DNA of 64,000 nucleotides, from NCBI GenBank assembly GCA_963770875.1, contig CAVYRE010000005.1:391542-455541 (forward strand). Reading direction: 5' to 3'. Below the pieces are notes generated by a model. That model had not been told where the DNA came from and ran no database searches. It saw only the letters and a list, made by a program, of their open reading frames with translations. Positions 20,039-30,749 of this stretch are shown here, in pieces. Numbering within the stretch: position 1 is the first letter of the stretch; every line of letters starts with the position of its first letter. Both the position numbers and the translations under genes were made by a program. The stretch comes from an uncultured Chloroflexia bacterium (GTDB lineage: Bacteria; Chloroflexota; Limnocylindria; QHBO01).

Positions 20039-22657
20039 GTGGCCGACCTACCGACCGGGACCGTCACCTTTCTCTTCACCGACATCGAGGGCTCGACGCG
20101 CCTGGCGCAGGAGCTCGGGGCGGGGTGGCCGCCGCTGCTGGAGCGCCATCGCGAGATCGCCCGGGAGGCCTGGGCCGCGCAGCAGGGAGTCGAGATCGGC
20201 ACCGAGGGGGACTCATTCTTCGTTGTCTTCAGCAGCGCTCCACAGGCGGTGGCTGCCGCGGTTGCCGCGCAGCGCGCACTTGCGGCCGAGCAGTGGCCGG
20301 CCAACGCCCCGATCCGGGTGCGGATGGGCATCCATTCGGGCGAGGGACTGGTAAGCGGCGGAGGCTACGTGGGCATCGACGTCCACCGAGCCGCACGCAT
20401 CTCCAGCGCCGGCAGCGGGGGACAGGTCCTCCTCTCGGCGACGACCCACGCGCTCGTCGAGGGGAACCTGCCAGCGGGTGCCTCGCTGCGCGAGATGGGC
20501 GAGCACCGGCTCAAGGACCTCTCGAGACCCGAGCACCTCTGGGAGGTCATCATCGATGGCCTGCTCAGCGAATTCCCGCCGCTCCGCACGCTCAATGCCG
20601 TCCCCAACAACCTGCCCACCCAGCTCACGTCATTTCTCGGCAGGCAGGACGAGATCGCCGAGGCGAGCAAGCTGCTCCTCGATGGCAGGCTGCTGACCCT
20701 CACCGGGCCCGGCGGCACCGGCAAGACCCGTCTCTCGCTCCAGATCGCGGCGGACGCCAGCGACCGATTCGCCGACGGCATCTACTTCGTCCCGCTGGGC
20801 ACGATCAACGACTCTGACCTGGTGCTGCCGACGATCGCGCAGGCGCTCGGCCTCGTCGACCCTGGCACGCACGCGCTCGATCGGCTGGCCGATCACATCG
20901 GCGCCAAATGCACCCTGCTGGTCCTCGACAACTTCGAGCAGGTGAACGACGCGGCGCCGCAGATCGCCGAGCTGCTGGTGCGGGCCTCCCATGTCTCGGC
21001 GCTGGTGACGAGCCGCAGCCCGCTGCGGGTCTCCGGCGAGCGCGAATACCCGGTCCCGCCGCTCGAGGTGCCCGATCCAAAGCACCTCCCGGACCTGGAC
21101 AAGCTGGGCACCTACGAGTCCGTGGCCCTCTTCGTGGAGCGCGCCATGGCCGTGCGGCCCGACTTCGCCGTGAACAATGCCAACGCGCCCGCCGTGGCCG
21201 AGATCTGCGTCCGTCTCGACGGCCTGCCGCTGGCGATCGAGCTGGCCGCGGCCCGGGTCCGGGTGCTGAGCCCGCAGGCGATCATGGAGCGGCTCGGCGA
21301 TCGGCTGAAGCTCCTCTCCGGCGGGTCGCGCGACCTGCCCGAGCGGCAGCAGACCCTCCGCGGGGCCATCGCCTGGAGCCACGACCTGCTCGAGGCGGCG
21401 GATCAGCGCGTCTTCGCCCGCTTCTCGGTCTTCGCCGGGGGCGGAACGCTCGACGCGGTGGAGCGGGTGGTCTTCGATCCCGGCGAGGCGTCCGACGCGC
21501 TCGACGCCATGGCCTCGCTCGCCGACAAGAGCCTCGTCCGGCAGGAGAGCGAGCCCGACGGCGAGCCGCGCTTCCGGATGCTGAGCACGATCCGCGAGTA
21601 TGCGACCGAGAAGCTGGGCGAGCGCGGCGAGGCGGAGGAGCTGGCGAGCCGCCACGCCGACTGGGTCGTGGCGCTGGTGGAGGCGAGCGCGGCGACGGTC
21701 TTCGGTCCGGACCAGAAGGCGATCCTGGACCGATACGAGCGCGAGCACGACAACATTCGCGCCGCGCTGGCGCGGGCCGTTGCCCACGGCCAGGCCGAGA
21801 TGGCGATGCGCATCCTCACCGCCTGCTGGCGCTTCTGGCAGATGCGCGGCTACCTGGCCGAGGGCCGCGAGCAGGCCGAGCGGGTGCTGGCGATGCCGGC
21901 CACGCGCGACAACCCCGACCTGCGGGCTGCGGCGCTCGAGGCCGGCGGCGGGATCGCCTACTGGCAGGCGGACACCGACGGGGCGCGGGCCTGGTACGAG
22001 GAGGCCCTGGAATTGGCGCGGACCTCAGGCGACGAGTCGCGCATCGCGAACGCGATCTACAACCTGACCTTCACCTTCACCCTCGAGCACGAAGACCAGG
22101 TGAAGGCGCAGTCGCATGGCAGAGGAGGCGGTGGCGATCTACCGGCGGCTCGGGGACGAGGCGGGGATCGGCCGGGCTCTCTGGGGCCTCGCCAACTCGC
22201 ATTACTTCTTCCGGGACTTCCTGGGCGGGATCGAGACGGCCAAGGAGGCGCTCTCGTACTTCCGGCAGGTCGGGGATCGCTTCATGGTCGGCTGGTCGCT
22301 CTACATCCTGGCGATCTACAACCTGACGATCGACCCGTCGCAGATGCGGGCGGCGCTCGAGGAGGCGCTGCCGCTCTTCACCGAGACCGACGACAAGTCC
22401 AGCTACGGCCTCATCTTCGACGCCTTCGGGGCGCTGTACTTCACCGAGGGCGACGTCTGCGGCGTGCCGTTCTGCTGGGCGGCTTCGCGCCGCCGCCGAG
22501 GCCAACACCGGCACCGGGCTGGCCCAGATGAACCGCGACTTCGCCGGATTCCACCCGGAGGCGTTCATCGACGACCCCGAGCTCGCGGCCCTGTACGCGG
22601 CAGGGCCAGCGGATGACGGTCGAGCAGGCGACCGAGGTGGCCCTGGGGCGAGCCTAG
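20039..22657 (+). CDS. Class III adenylate/guanylate cyclase + NB-ARC-like ATPase + TPR protein (C-terminal frameshifts)
   Basis: LFTDIEGST, GDSFF, VRMGIHSG, GPGGTGKTRL, LVLDNFE, GLPLAIELAA; continues in ORFs 22116-22616 and 22528 onward. Confidence 0.87.
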
Positions 22658-22666
22658 GCGCCGGCC

Positions 22667-23470
22667 TCAGGCGGGGGCGGCGAGGTCGCGGCGGGGGAAG
22701 ACGATCAGCGCGTAGACGATCGGCACCACCGTGGCAGCCAGCAGGATCCCGAGGTCGGGCACGCTCAGCTCGCCGCTCAGGATCTTCCCCGGCTGGAAGT
22801 GGTGGAAGAGCGAGTACGACTGCGACCAGGCCACGTCGCGCCAGAGCGAGCCGAGGATCTCCAGGAAGTAGTTGACGAGCAGGTAGGCCATGGTCAGGCT
22901 CAGCGCGGGGCCGAGGCGGTCGAAGCTGACCGATGCCGCCAGGCCAAAGGCGGCGAACGCGCCCCACAGCAGCAGCCCGTTGACGAAGACGAGCGGCATC
23001 TGGACCAGGTCGAGCTCTGCACCCTGGCGCTCGATCGCCACCCCGGTCATCTGGCCGAGCAGCAGGGCCGCCAGCACCAGCCCGATCATGATCAGCGCCG
23101 CAACGCCGACCGTCACGTACAGGGTCCGGCGTGCGAGTGGGCGTGCGAGCAGCACCTCCAGCGTGCCGCGCTGCCGCTCGCCGGCGATCGCGCCGGTCGT
23201 CGAGCCGACCGCGAAGATCCCGATGAAGGCAATCGCGAGTGGGTGCTGCAGGCCGAGCGTCAGGACGCCGGGCAGCGTGAAGAGGCTCCCCGAGCCGAAG
23301 TTGAACAGCTGCTTGGGGATCGTGCCGGAGTTGGCGAGCTGCTTGAGCGCATCGGAGAAGCTGGCGTAGACGACCGGCATCAGGATCCCCCAGCCGAACG
23401 AGACCGCGAGCAGGACGAGCAACCGTCCCCGGTTCCAGCGCAGGGTCTGGGCCAGCAGGCGGAGGTTCAT
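22667..23470 (-). CDS. ABC-2 type transporter permease
   Basis: AIAGERQRGTLEVLLARP, six TM segments, C-terminal FPRRDL. Confidence 0.88.
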   Translation of the reverse strand: MNLRLLAQTLRWNRGRLLVLLAVSFGWGILMPVVYASFSDALKQLANSGTIPKQLFNFGSGSLFTLPGVLTLGLQHPLAIAFIGIFAVGSTTGAIAGERQRGTLEVLLARPLARRTLYVTVGVAALIMIGLVLAALLLGQMTGVAIERQGAELDLVQMPLVFVNGLLLWGAFAAFGLAASVSFDRLGPALSLTMAYLLVNYFLEILGSLWRDVAWSQSYSLFHHFQPGKILSGELSVPDLGILLAATVVPIVYALIVFPRRDLAAPA

Positions 23471-23494
23471 CGGCGCACCTCCTCGCTCGCCTCG

Positions 23495-24403
23495 TCACCC
23501 GGCGTAGTACTCGAGGAACGCCTCCTCGAGCCGCGCCGGCTCGATGGTGAGGTCCTCGAGCGACGGCGAGGCGATGGCTCGCACGAAGCCCGACACGTCG
23601 CCCAGCAGCGTGGCGGTCAGCCGGGTCCCGTCGACCTTCACGTCGGCAAGGCCGGGGATCCCCGCGAGGTCGGGGGCGGCGCCCCGCCAGCGCAGCTGCA
23701 CCTTGCGCTTGCGGCGGGCGAGGAGCTCGTCCACGTTCTGGAGCGCCATCAGGTGGCCGGAGCGGATGATCGCGACGCGGTCGCAGATGCGCTCCACCTC
23801 CGGCAGGACGTGGCTCGAGAAGAAGATCGTGCGCCCCTTCGCGCGCCGGTCGTCCATCAGGGCGTAGAAGGCCTGCTGCATGAGCGGGTCGAGGCCCTCC
23901 GTCGGCTCGTCCAGGATGGCGAGCTCCGGATCGTGCTGGAGCGCCTGGATCACCCCGATCTTCTGGCGCATGCCGCGGGAGTAGTCGCGGACCCGCCGGC
24001 GCAGGTCCGTGGTGGGCATCTGGAGCCGGTCGCACAGCTCGTCGCGCAGCGGCGTGCCGGCCCCCTGGAGGTCGGCCAGGTAGTCGAGCGCGGAGGCGCC
24101 GCTCAGCGAGTCGTACAGCGCAATGCCGCCGGGGAGGTAGCCGGTCCGGCGGCGGATCTCGACCGAGTCGGTCACCACGTCCATGCCGAACACGGTGGCC
24201 GAGCCGTGGGTCGGGTGGAGGAAGCCGAGCAGGGTGCGGATCAACGTCGACTTGCCGGCGCCGTTCGGGCCAAGGAAGCCGAAGATCTCCCCTGGGCGCA
24301 CGTCGAGCGTCAGGTCGACCAGGGCATGCACCGAGCCGTAGTGCTTGGTGAGGCCCTGGGTCGCGATCACGGTGCCGGCGGCCGGGCCAGGCTGGGCGTC
24401 CAT
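23495..24403 (-). CDS. ABC transporter ATP-binding protein
   Basis: GPNGAGKST, YSRGMRQK, ILDEPT, FSSH. Confidence 0.93.
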   Translation of the reverse strand: MDAQPGPAAGTVIATQGLTKHYGSVHALVDLTLDVRPGEIFGFLGPNGAGKSTLIRTLLGFLHPTHGSATVFGMDVVTDSVEIRRRTGYLPGGIALYDSLSGASALDYLADLQGAGTPLRDELCDRLQMPTTDLRRRVRDYSRGMRQKIGVIQALQHDPELAILDEPTEGLDPLMQQAFYALMDDRRAKGRTIFFSSHVLPEVERICDRVAIIRSGHLMALQNVDELLARRKRKVQLRWRGAAPDLAGIPGLADVKVDGTRLTATLLGDVSGFVRAIASPSLEDLTIEPARLEEAFLEYYAG

Positions 24404-24442
24404 CAGGCCCAATCTACACCGCGGCCCGCCGCCGCCGTGGCG

Positions 24443-25724
24443 TCAGCGGTGGACGCGCGTCGCCCGCCAGACGGCCCTGATTCCCATCCGCTGTCCGTAG
24501 AGCAGGACGCCGGCTGAATAGAGGCGCGCCGCAATCCACAGCGCCCCCGCGATGAAGAGCACCATCAGCACGCCAGCCGCGACCCATTCCCATGGGGCGA
24601 CCGTGGCGAGGAGCAGCCGCATCGGCAGCAGGTACGGGCTGAAGAAGGGGACCAGCGAGGCCCACTGCACCCAGGACGCGTCCGGCACGTTGACGGCGGC
24701 GAAGGCGGCGAAGTACCCGACCATCCCGATCACGATCATCGGCCCGGTCACCTGCTGCACGTCCTCCTGCCGGCTCGCCATCGACCCGAGGCCGGCGTAC
24801 AGGATGCAGTAGAGGGCGAAGCCACCGATGAAGAGGACGCCGAACGGGGCGAGCACCCACAGGTTCAGACCCTCCAGCGACGCGCTGCCGGCGTCACCGA
24901 GCAGACGTCTCGCGACGAACCCCTGGAGCAGCAGTCCGACCATCGCGGCCACGACCACCACCAGGTACTGGGAGAGGCCGGCGGCACCGGTCCCGATCAC
25001 CTTGCCGGCCAGGAGCTGGCGCGGTGTGGCGGCGGTGACCAGCAGCTCCATCACCCGGCTGCTCTTCTCCTCGGCCACGCTGGTGGCCACCCAGACGCCG
25101 TAGGTGATCACCGCCATGAAGGTCAGGATCACCAGCGCCATGGAGAGGATGTAGGCGGAACCCAGCACGTCCTGGCGTTGATGGGCGCTCGGGTTGGTCG
25201 GCGTCACGGTGAAGGCCGTCGCCGCGAAGATCTGGCCGGCCTGGGACGGGTCGATCCCCGCTCGCTGCAGGCGGTCACCGATGTTCAGCTGCGTCACCGC
25301 CTGTCGCACCGCGAAGAGTCGTTGATCGGTTGGGCCCGGCATCGGTCAGCGCGTCGAAGGAGAGCTCGCCGCTTGCGCCGCGCGTCACCGTCAGCAACCC
25401 CTTGAGCTTGCCGGAACGCACCTCGGCGGCGGCCGCCGTCGCGTCGCTCGCCCCGGTCACCTTGTAGCTGGTCCCGCCCTCGCTGGCGTTGAGGATCAGC
25501 TTCAGGTTGGCCACGGTCGTGGACTGCAGCTCGCCGTCGTCGGCGTGGACCGCGATGGCAACCGTCTGGTCGCCGCCGATCAGCCGGCCCACGACCGGGA
25601 GCATGGCGAGGCCGATGCCGATCAGCGCGAGGAGGACGGTCACCACGACGAAGGTGCGGCTGCGCACGCGCGTCAGGTACTCACGCCGAGCAATGTGCAA
25701 CGCGTTCGGGAAGAGGTTGTTCAT
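24443..25724 (-). CDS. ABC transporter permease, NatB/YhaP-like (frameshift near 25340)
   Basis: IARREYLTRVRSRTF N-terminus; VAEEKSSRVMELL, LLAGKV, PFFSP. Confidence 0.85.
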
Positions 25725-26693
25725 GGCTCTGACCTCCCGGGCGGGCGCCTTGCCGCTCGTCGCCAGGTGCCGCTCCTCCTCGACGTCGGCCGGCCGCCCG
25801 ACGTGCTCGATGAAGATCTCCTCGAGCGACGGCTCGCCGATCTCGAAGCGGGTGACGCGCAGGCCGCGGTCGAGGGCGGCCCGCAGGATCCGTTCAGGGT
25901 CGCTCCCGGTCGGCACCGCCAGCTCGACGTAGTCCTCGCGGCGGGCGGTGATGCGAACCCCGTCGAGCCCGTCGAGCCATGCGGCCTCGTCGGTGTCGCC
26001 ATCACTGGCGAAACGGACCACCTGGCGGCCCATCCCCCGCTTGACGTCGCGGACGGTTCCGCTCACCACCACCCTGCCCGCGTCGATGATGGCGATCGAC
26101 TCGCACAGCTCCTCGACCGTCTCCATCTGGTGCGTGCTGAAGATGAGCGTCTTGCCGCGGTCGCGCATCTCGAGGAAGGCCTCCTTGAGGAGCTGGACGT
26201 TGACCGGGTCGAGGCCGGTGAACGGCTCGTCCATGATCAGGACGGCCGGGTCGTGGAGGATGGCGGCGATGAACTGGATCTTCTGCTGGTTCCCCTTCGA
26301 GAGCTCCTCGACCTTGCGGTCGCGGTACTGGGGGATCCGGAAGCGCTCGAGCCAATCGTCCACCTCGGCCTCGGCCGCGGCGCCGTTCACGCCGTAGAGC
26401 GAGGCGAAGAAGGTGAGCACCTCGATCACCTTCATGCGGAGGTAGAGCCCGCGCTCCTCGGGCAGGTAGCCCCAGGTGCGTCGCGGCAGGTCGATGTTCG
26501 AGCGCCCCTCCCAGGTGATGCTGCCGGCATCGGCACGGAGGATGTCGAGCACGATCCGCATGCAGGTCGTCTTGCCGGCGCCGTTGGCGCCGAGCAGCCC
26601 GAAGATCCGGCCCGGCTCGACCGAGAAGCTCACCTCGTCGAGGGCGACGGTCGGTCCGAAGCGCTTGGTGATCGAGTCGATGACCAGGCTCAC
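25721..26693 (-). CDS. ABC transporter ATP-binding protein, YhaQ-like
   Basis: GANGAGKTT, GYLPEERGLY, LSKGNQQK, MDEPF, EPSLEEIFI; appears in frame with the downstream permease, probably through an indel. Confidence 0.88.
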
Positions 26694-26976
26694 GGACGGA
26701 CCTCGCCCTGCGACGGAGCGGCGAAGAGCTGCTCCGACATCGGCGTCAGCGGATGACGGCTGAAGATCACCTCGACCGGCAGTCCGAAAAGTATTCGGCT
26801 GCGCGCAATGCCAGCTCCAGGCTCGGGTTGTACTCGCCGCGCTCAAGGTAGCCGATCGTCTGGTAGTTCACATTGAGGGCATCGGCGAGGTCCTGGCGCG
26901 ACAGCCCGCGCTCCGCGCGCAGCACGGCGAGGCGGTTGTGGAGGACCGGCTCGACCCGCTCCGACTGACGGGGCAT
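26690..26976 (-). CDS. XRE-family HTH transcriptional regulator (frameshift near 26790)
   Basis: HNRLAVLRAERGLSRQDLADALNVNYQTIGYLERGEYNPSLELA, continuing LPVEVIFS in another frame. Confidence 0.88.
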
Positions 26977-27467
26977 CAGGCCTCCTCGGGTGGATCGGGC
27001 TCGATCCAGGCCAGGGCCGCCACCGGCAGGACCGGGATCAGGACGCCGATGCAGATCGCGGCCGCGCTGACGAGGGTGCCATCGAGCGACACCTGCCGTC
27101 CCAGGCCGAGCACGAGGACCGCGACGACGCCGATGCCAAGGACCACCACGGTTGCGAGGATCCCGTAGCTCAGCACCAGCGACCGATCGCGGAGCTGCTG
27201 CTGGCGCTCGTCCAACCCTCGGGACGACCACTCGGCGCGGTCCCGGACGTAGCGATACAGGACGAGCGACCCGATGGCGGTCATCCCGATGAGCAGGAAC
27301 GAGACCCAGCCCCAGGCGATCGTCGGCACGGAGGTCGACTGCCAGAGCGACGACCAGGCGTACATCGCCGGCAACCCGACCAGGGTCCCGACCGCCACGA
27401 GGCGTCGAGTGCGCTGGGAGAGCCGGTCGATCCGGGATTCGCGAGGCCCGGTGGCGCTGTGGACCAT
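26976..27467 (-). CDS. Membrane protein with LDER motif (DUF2178-like)
   Basis: Four TM segments, GLDERQQQLRD; typical partner of XRE regulators; GAGGAG RBS. Confidence 0.7.
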   Translation of the reverse strand: MVHSATGPRESRIDRLSQRTRRLVAVGTLVGLPAMYAWSSLWQSTSVPTIAWGWVSFLLIGMTAIGSLVLYRYVRDRAEWSSRGLDERQQQLRDRSLVLSYGILATVVVLGIGVVAVLVLGLGRQVSLDGTLVSAAAICIGVLIPVLPVAALAWIEPDPPEEA

Positions 27468-27498
27468 GACACCAACTCCTCAGATAGTTCTTAGGCTA

Positions 27499-27537
27499 TG
27501 TACCATAGTATAGATACAACAGGATGTCAAGATCCTG
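27499..27537 (-). promoter_or_regulatory. Sigma70-type promoter and operator for the membrane protein-XRE-ABC operon
   Basis: Minus strand TTGACA-17 nt-TATGGT; overlapping TGTA-N12-TACA palindrome and CAGGAT/ATCCTG inverted repeat around the -35. Confidence 0.72.
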
Positions 27538-27607
27538 CAATCCGCGGGGAAACGAGATCGCCCCGCGGCTCCCACCACGGGGCGATCCTGTCGCGAGGGG
27601 AATCCGC

Positions 27608-28497
27608 CTATTGGAAGTGCATCGAGGCGACGAGCTGGTCCGCCCAGGCGTTGATGTCGGCGAGATGCTCCTCGCCCTGGCCCCCGTAGCCGCTCCGCCC
27701 CAGGTGAAGATCACGATGGTGTCGGTGCCGGTCGGGATCGCGTAGACCCGATGATGCTCGCCGGCCTCGAGGCTGACGACCGCGCCATCGGGGCTGCCTG
27801 CGTCGGCACAGCCGGCCGGGAGCGCGATGTCCCACGACATCCCCTGCCGGCCGTCGACCTCGATCGTAGTGCCTGCGGCGACGCCCAGCCCGGTGCTCGA
27901 GGTGAGCCAAGCTCCGACCGCAGCGACCGAGGACGGCACGTCCGACATCAGCCCCTGGCCCGCATCGCACAGGTTGGCCGCCAGGGGGACGTCGTCGTGG
28001 ATCGTGACCGCACCCAGTGTGGCGCCCGGGGTCACGCCGAGCTTGATGCGCAGGGTCTTGCGGCCCGCCCAGAGGTCACCCACCGCCGGGCCGGTCGCCA
28101 GTGCCGACGGCATGGCCGGCACGTCAACCGTGAACGGCTCTGTGAAGCTCGATGTGCGATACGTCCCCGCGACGAGGTTCCCGATCGGCTCGCCGAGGTT
28201 CGCCGCGGGGGTGGAGCTCGGCTGGGCGGTTGGCGTCGGTGTCGTCCCGACGCCGGAGAACGGATTGGTGACGCCGATGATCACGGCGACGAGCGCGACG
28301 GCCGCGACGGCCGCCGCAGCTACAAGCGCAGAGCGAGACATGGTGGGGATCCTCCACAGGCCGGTGGCGGCCTGTTGTCGATGTCGATGAACATCGTCGA
28401 GGACCGCGTCAAAGACGCGATCCGCCAGCTCCGTGGGCCCCGCTTCGAGGAACGATTGGATCATCCGATCAGGGTTGCGTCGCGTGGATTGGGTCAT
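27608..28497 (-). CDS. Putative anti-sigma factor (short cytoplasmic domain, one TM, extracytoplasmic domain; frameshift near 27700)
   Basis: 4-nt overlap with ECF sigma gene; TM segment then Pro/Thr linker; C-terminus in ORF 27608-27970. Confidence 0.6.
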
Positions 28498-29048
28498 GCG
28501 GGACGCTCCTTGGAGAGGCGCGGCGTGCGGGCATCGGCCTCGAGGGCCGCCCGGAGCGCCGCCGACGCGTAGTGGAGACGCGACTTGGCGGTTCCGAGCG
28601 GGATGCCAAGCCGAAACGCCACCTCGGGCAGGCTGAGCCCGAGGTAGTGGTGGAAGACGAGGACGGCGCGCTGCTCCGGCGTGAGCCTCCGGAAGCCGCG
28701 CTCGAGCTGATCACGATCGTCGACGGTCAGGATGTCGTCAGCGGCGTACGCGCCCTCCGGCGACAGCCCGAGCAGGTGGACGGTCCGCTGCCGGCTGCGT
28801 CGGGCCTCGGCGTAGCAGGCGCGGACGAGGAGGCGATGGAGCCAGGCCTCGAACCGATCCGGGTCGCGGAGCGATCGAAGCCGGCGCCAGCCGGTGACGA
28901 GGGCGACCTGGACCGCATCCTCGGCCAGGTCCACGTCGCGCAGGATGCGAAACGCGACCGCCATGCACCGATCGCCGACCGCGTTGGTCAGGGCGGCGAA
29001 GGCCTCCTCGTCGCCCTGTCTCGCGCGCTCGACGAGTGCTCGGAGCAT
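28494..29048 (-). CDS. ECF RNA polymerase sigma factor
   Basis: AEDAVQ, FEAWLHR, LTPEQRAVLVFHHY.GLSLPEVA..LGIPLGTAKSRL. Confidence 0.92.
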   Translation of the reverse strand: MLRALVERARQGDEEAFAALTNAVGDRCMAVAFRILRDVDLAEDAVQVALVTGWRRLRSLRDPDRFEAWLHRLLVRACYAEARRSRQRTVHLLGLSPEGAYAADDILTVDDRDQLERGFRRLTPEQRAVLVFHHYLGLSLPEVAFRLGIPLGTAKSRLHYASAALRAALEADARTPRLSKERPA

Positions 29049-29235
29049 GACGCCTCCCTACCGGTGCCGACGCGTGGCTCCGACGCGTCTGTGATGAAGA
29101 GTGCGGCACCGGTGCAATCGGTTCGATCTTCGTCACCGGACGCCTCTGATACACTTCGATTCCCGAACCGCCGCGTGCCGAACGCCGCTGCGGTTCGTCG
29201 GTGTGACACCCTCTCGGATTGTCAGGACCTGACCG

Positions 29236-30423
29236 ATGAAGATCGCCGTCCCACGCGAAACCGCGCCCGGCGAGACGCGCGTCGCGCTCTCGCCGGCCGC
29301 GGTCATCGCGCTCCTCGCCGATGGCGTCGAGGTGATCGTCCAGTCGGGCGCCGGCGACGGGTCGTTCATCAGCGACGAGGCGTTCCGCGAGGCCGGCGCC
29401 AGCATCGTCCCGGACGCGGCCGCCCTCTACGGGCAGGCGGACGTGGTGGTCCGCGTCGGCCGTCCCTCGGACGAGGAGAGCGACATGCTGCGGTCGGGGA
29501 TCATCCTGATCGGGACGCTCGGGACCCTGTCCAACCCGGCGCTGGCGAAGCGCCTCGCCGACGCCGGCGTCACGGCGATCAGCATGGATTCGATCCCGCG
29601 CATCACGCGGGCGCAGAGCATGGACACGCTCTCGTCGCAGGCCACCGTGGGCGGCTACAAGGCGGTCCTGATCGCCGCGGAGCGGCTGCCGAAGTTCATG
29701 CCGCTGCTCACCACCGCGGCCGGCACGGTCCGGCCGGCGCGCGGCATCGTGATGGGCGCCGGGGTGGCTGGGCTGATGGCGATCGGCACCGCGAGGCGGC
29801 TCGGCGCGGTGGTCGAGGCGACCGACGTGCGGCCGGTCGTCAAGGAGCAGGTCGAGTCGCTGGGCGGCATCTTCATCGAGGTCGAGATGACCGAAGAGGA
29901 GAAGGCGAACGCGCAGACGGCCGGCGGCTACGCCCGCGAGATGAGCGACGACTACAAGGCCCGCCAGGCCGCGCTCATCGCCGAGCGCGTGAAGGAGGCC
30001 GACTTCGTGATCACGACGGCGCTGATTCCCGGCCGCCCCGCCCCACGCCTGGTGACCGATGCGATGGTCGCCTCGATGAAGCCGGGCAGCGTCATCGTCG
30101 ACATGGCCGCGGAGATGGGCGGCAACGTGGAGGGGACCGAGGCAGGCAAGGAGGTCGTGCGCCACGGCGTGACGATCATCGGCCTGACGAACCTGCCGGC
30201 ATCCATGCCGGGCAGCGCCACCGCCATGTACGCCCGGAACATGCAGACGCTCCTCAAGCACCTGATCAAGGACGGCGCGATCAACCTCGACTTCACCGAT
30301 GAGATCACCCGCGGCGCGACCATCACCCACGGCGGCAAGGTGGTCAACGAGGCGACCGCGAAGGCGCTGGGGATCGAGCCCGCCGAGCCGGCGCAGCCGG
30401 TCGCCGAGGAGGCCGCCTCGTGA
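29236..30423 (+). CDS. pntA: NAD(P) transhydrogenase subunit alpha part 1
   Basis: ETRVALSP, PRITRAQSMD, GAGVAGL, TTALIPG. Confidence 0.95.
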   Translation: MKIAVPRETAPGETRVALSPAAVIALLADGVEVIVQSGAGDGSFISDEAFREAGASIVPDAAALYGQADVVVRVGRPSDEESDMLRSGIILIGTLGTLSNPALAKRLADAGVTAISMDSIPRITRAQSMDTLSSQATVGGYKAVLIAAERLPKFMPLLTTAAGTVRPARGIVMGAGVAGLMAIGTARRLGAVVEATDVRPVVKEQVESLGGIFIEVEMTEEEKANAQTAGGYAREMSDDYKARQAALIAERVKEADFVITTALIPGRPAPRLVTDAMVASMKPGSVIVDMAAEMGGNVEGTEAGKEVVRHGVTIIGLTNLPASMPGSATAMYARNMQTLLKHLIKDGAINLDFTDEITRGATITHGGKVVNEATAKALGIEPAEPAQPVAEEAAS

Positions 30424-30749
30424 CGCTGCTCGTCGCCACCGTCACCACGCTGCCCACCGAGGCGCTGCTCCAGGCGCTCTTCGTCTTCGTCCTCGCCGCC
30501 TTCGTCGGCTACGAGGTGGTGAGCAAGGTGCCGACCATGCTCCACACCCCGCTCATGTCGGGCGCGAATGCCGTGCATGGCGTGATCGTGGTCGGCGCGA
30601 TGCTCGTCGCGGCCTCGGCCGAGGGTCCGCTGCGGATCGTGCTGGCCCTGGTCGGCGTGATCCTGGGCACCGTCAACGTGGTCGGCGGCTTCGTGGTCAC
30701 CGACCGGATGCTGGAGATGTTCAAGCGGCGTCCCGGGGGCAAGGCGTGA
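30420..30749 (+). CDS. pntA: NAD(P) transhydrogenase subunit alpha part 2 (membrane)
   Basis: LHTPLMSGANA, NVVGGFVVTDRMLEMF. Confidence 0.95.
   Translation: MTLLVATVTTLPTEALLQALFVFVLAAFVGYEVVSKVPTMLHTPLMSGANAVHGVIVVGAMLVAASAEGPLRIVLALVGVILGTVNVVGGFVVTDRMLEMFKRRPGGKA

Noticed and set aside
25275-26846. Apparent ABC ATPase-permease fusion ORF
   Set aside because: The junction contains a typical ATGA overlap and an RBS-like GGAGG; a single indel explains it given the error rate
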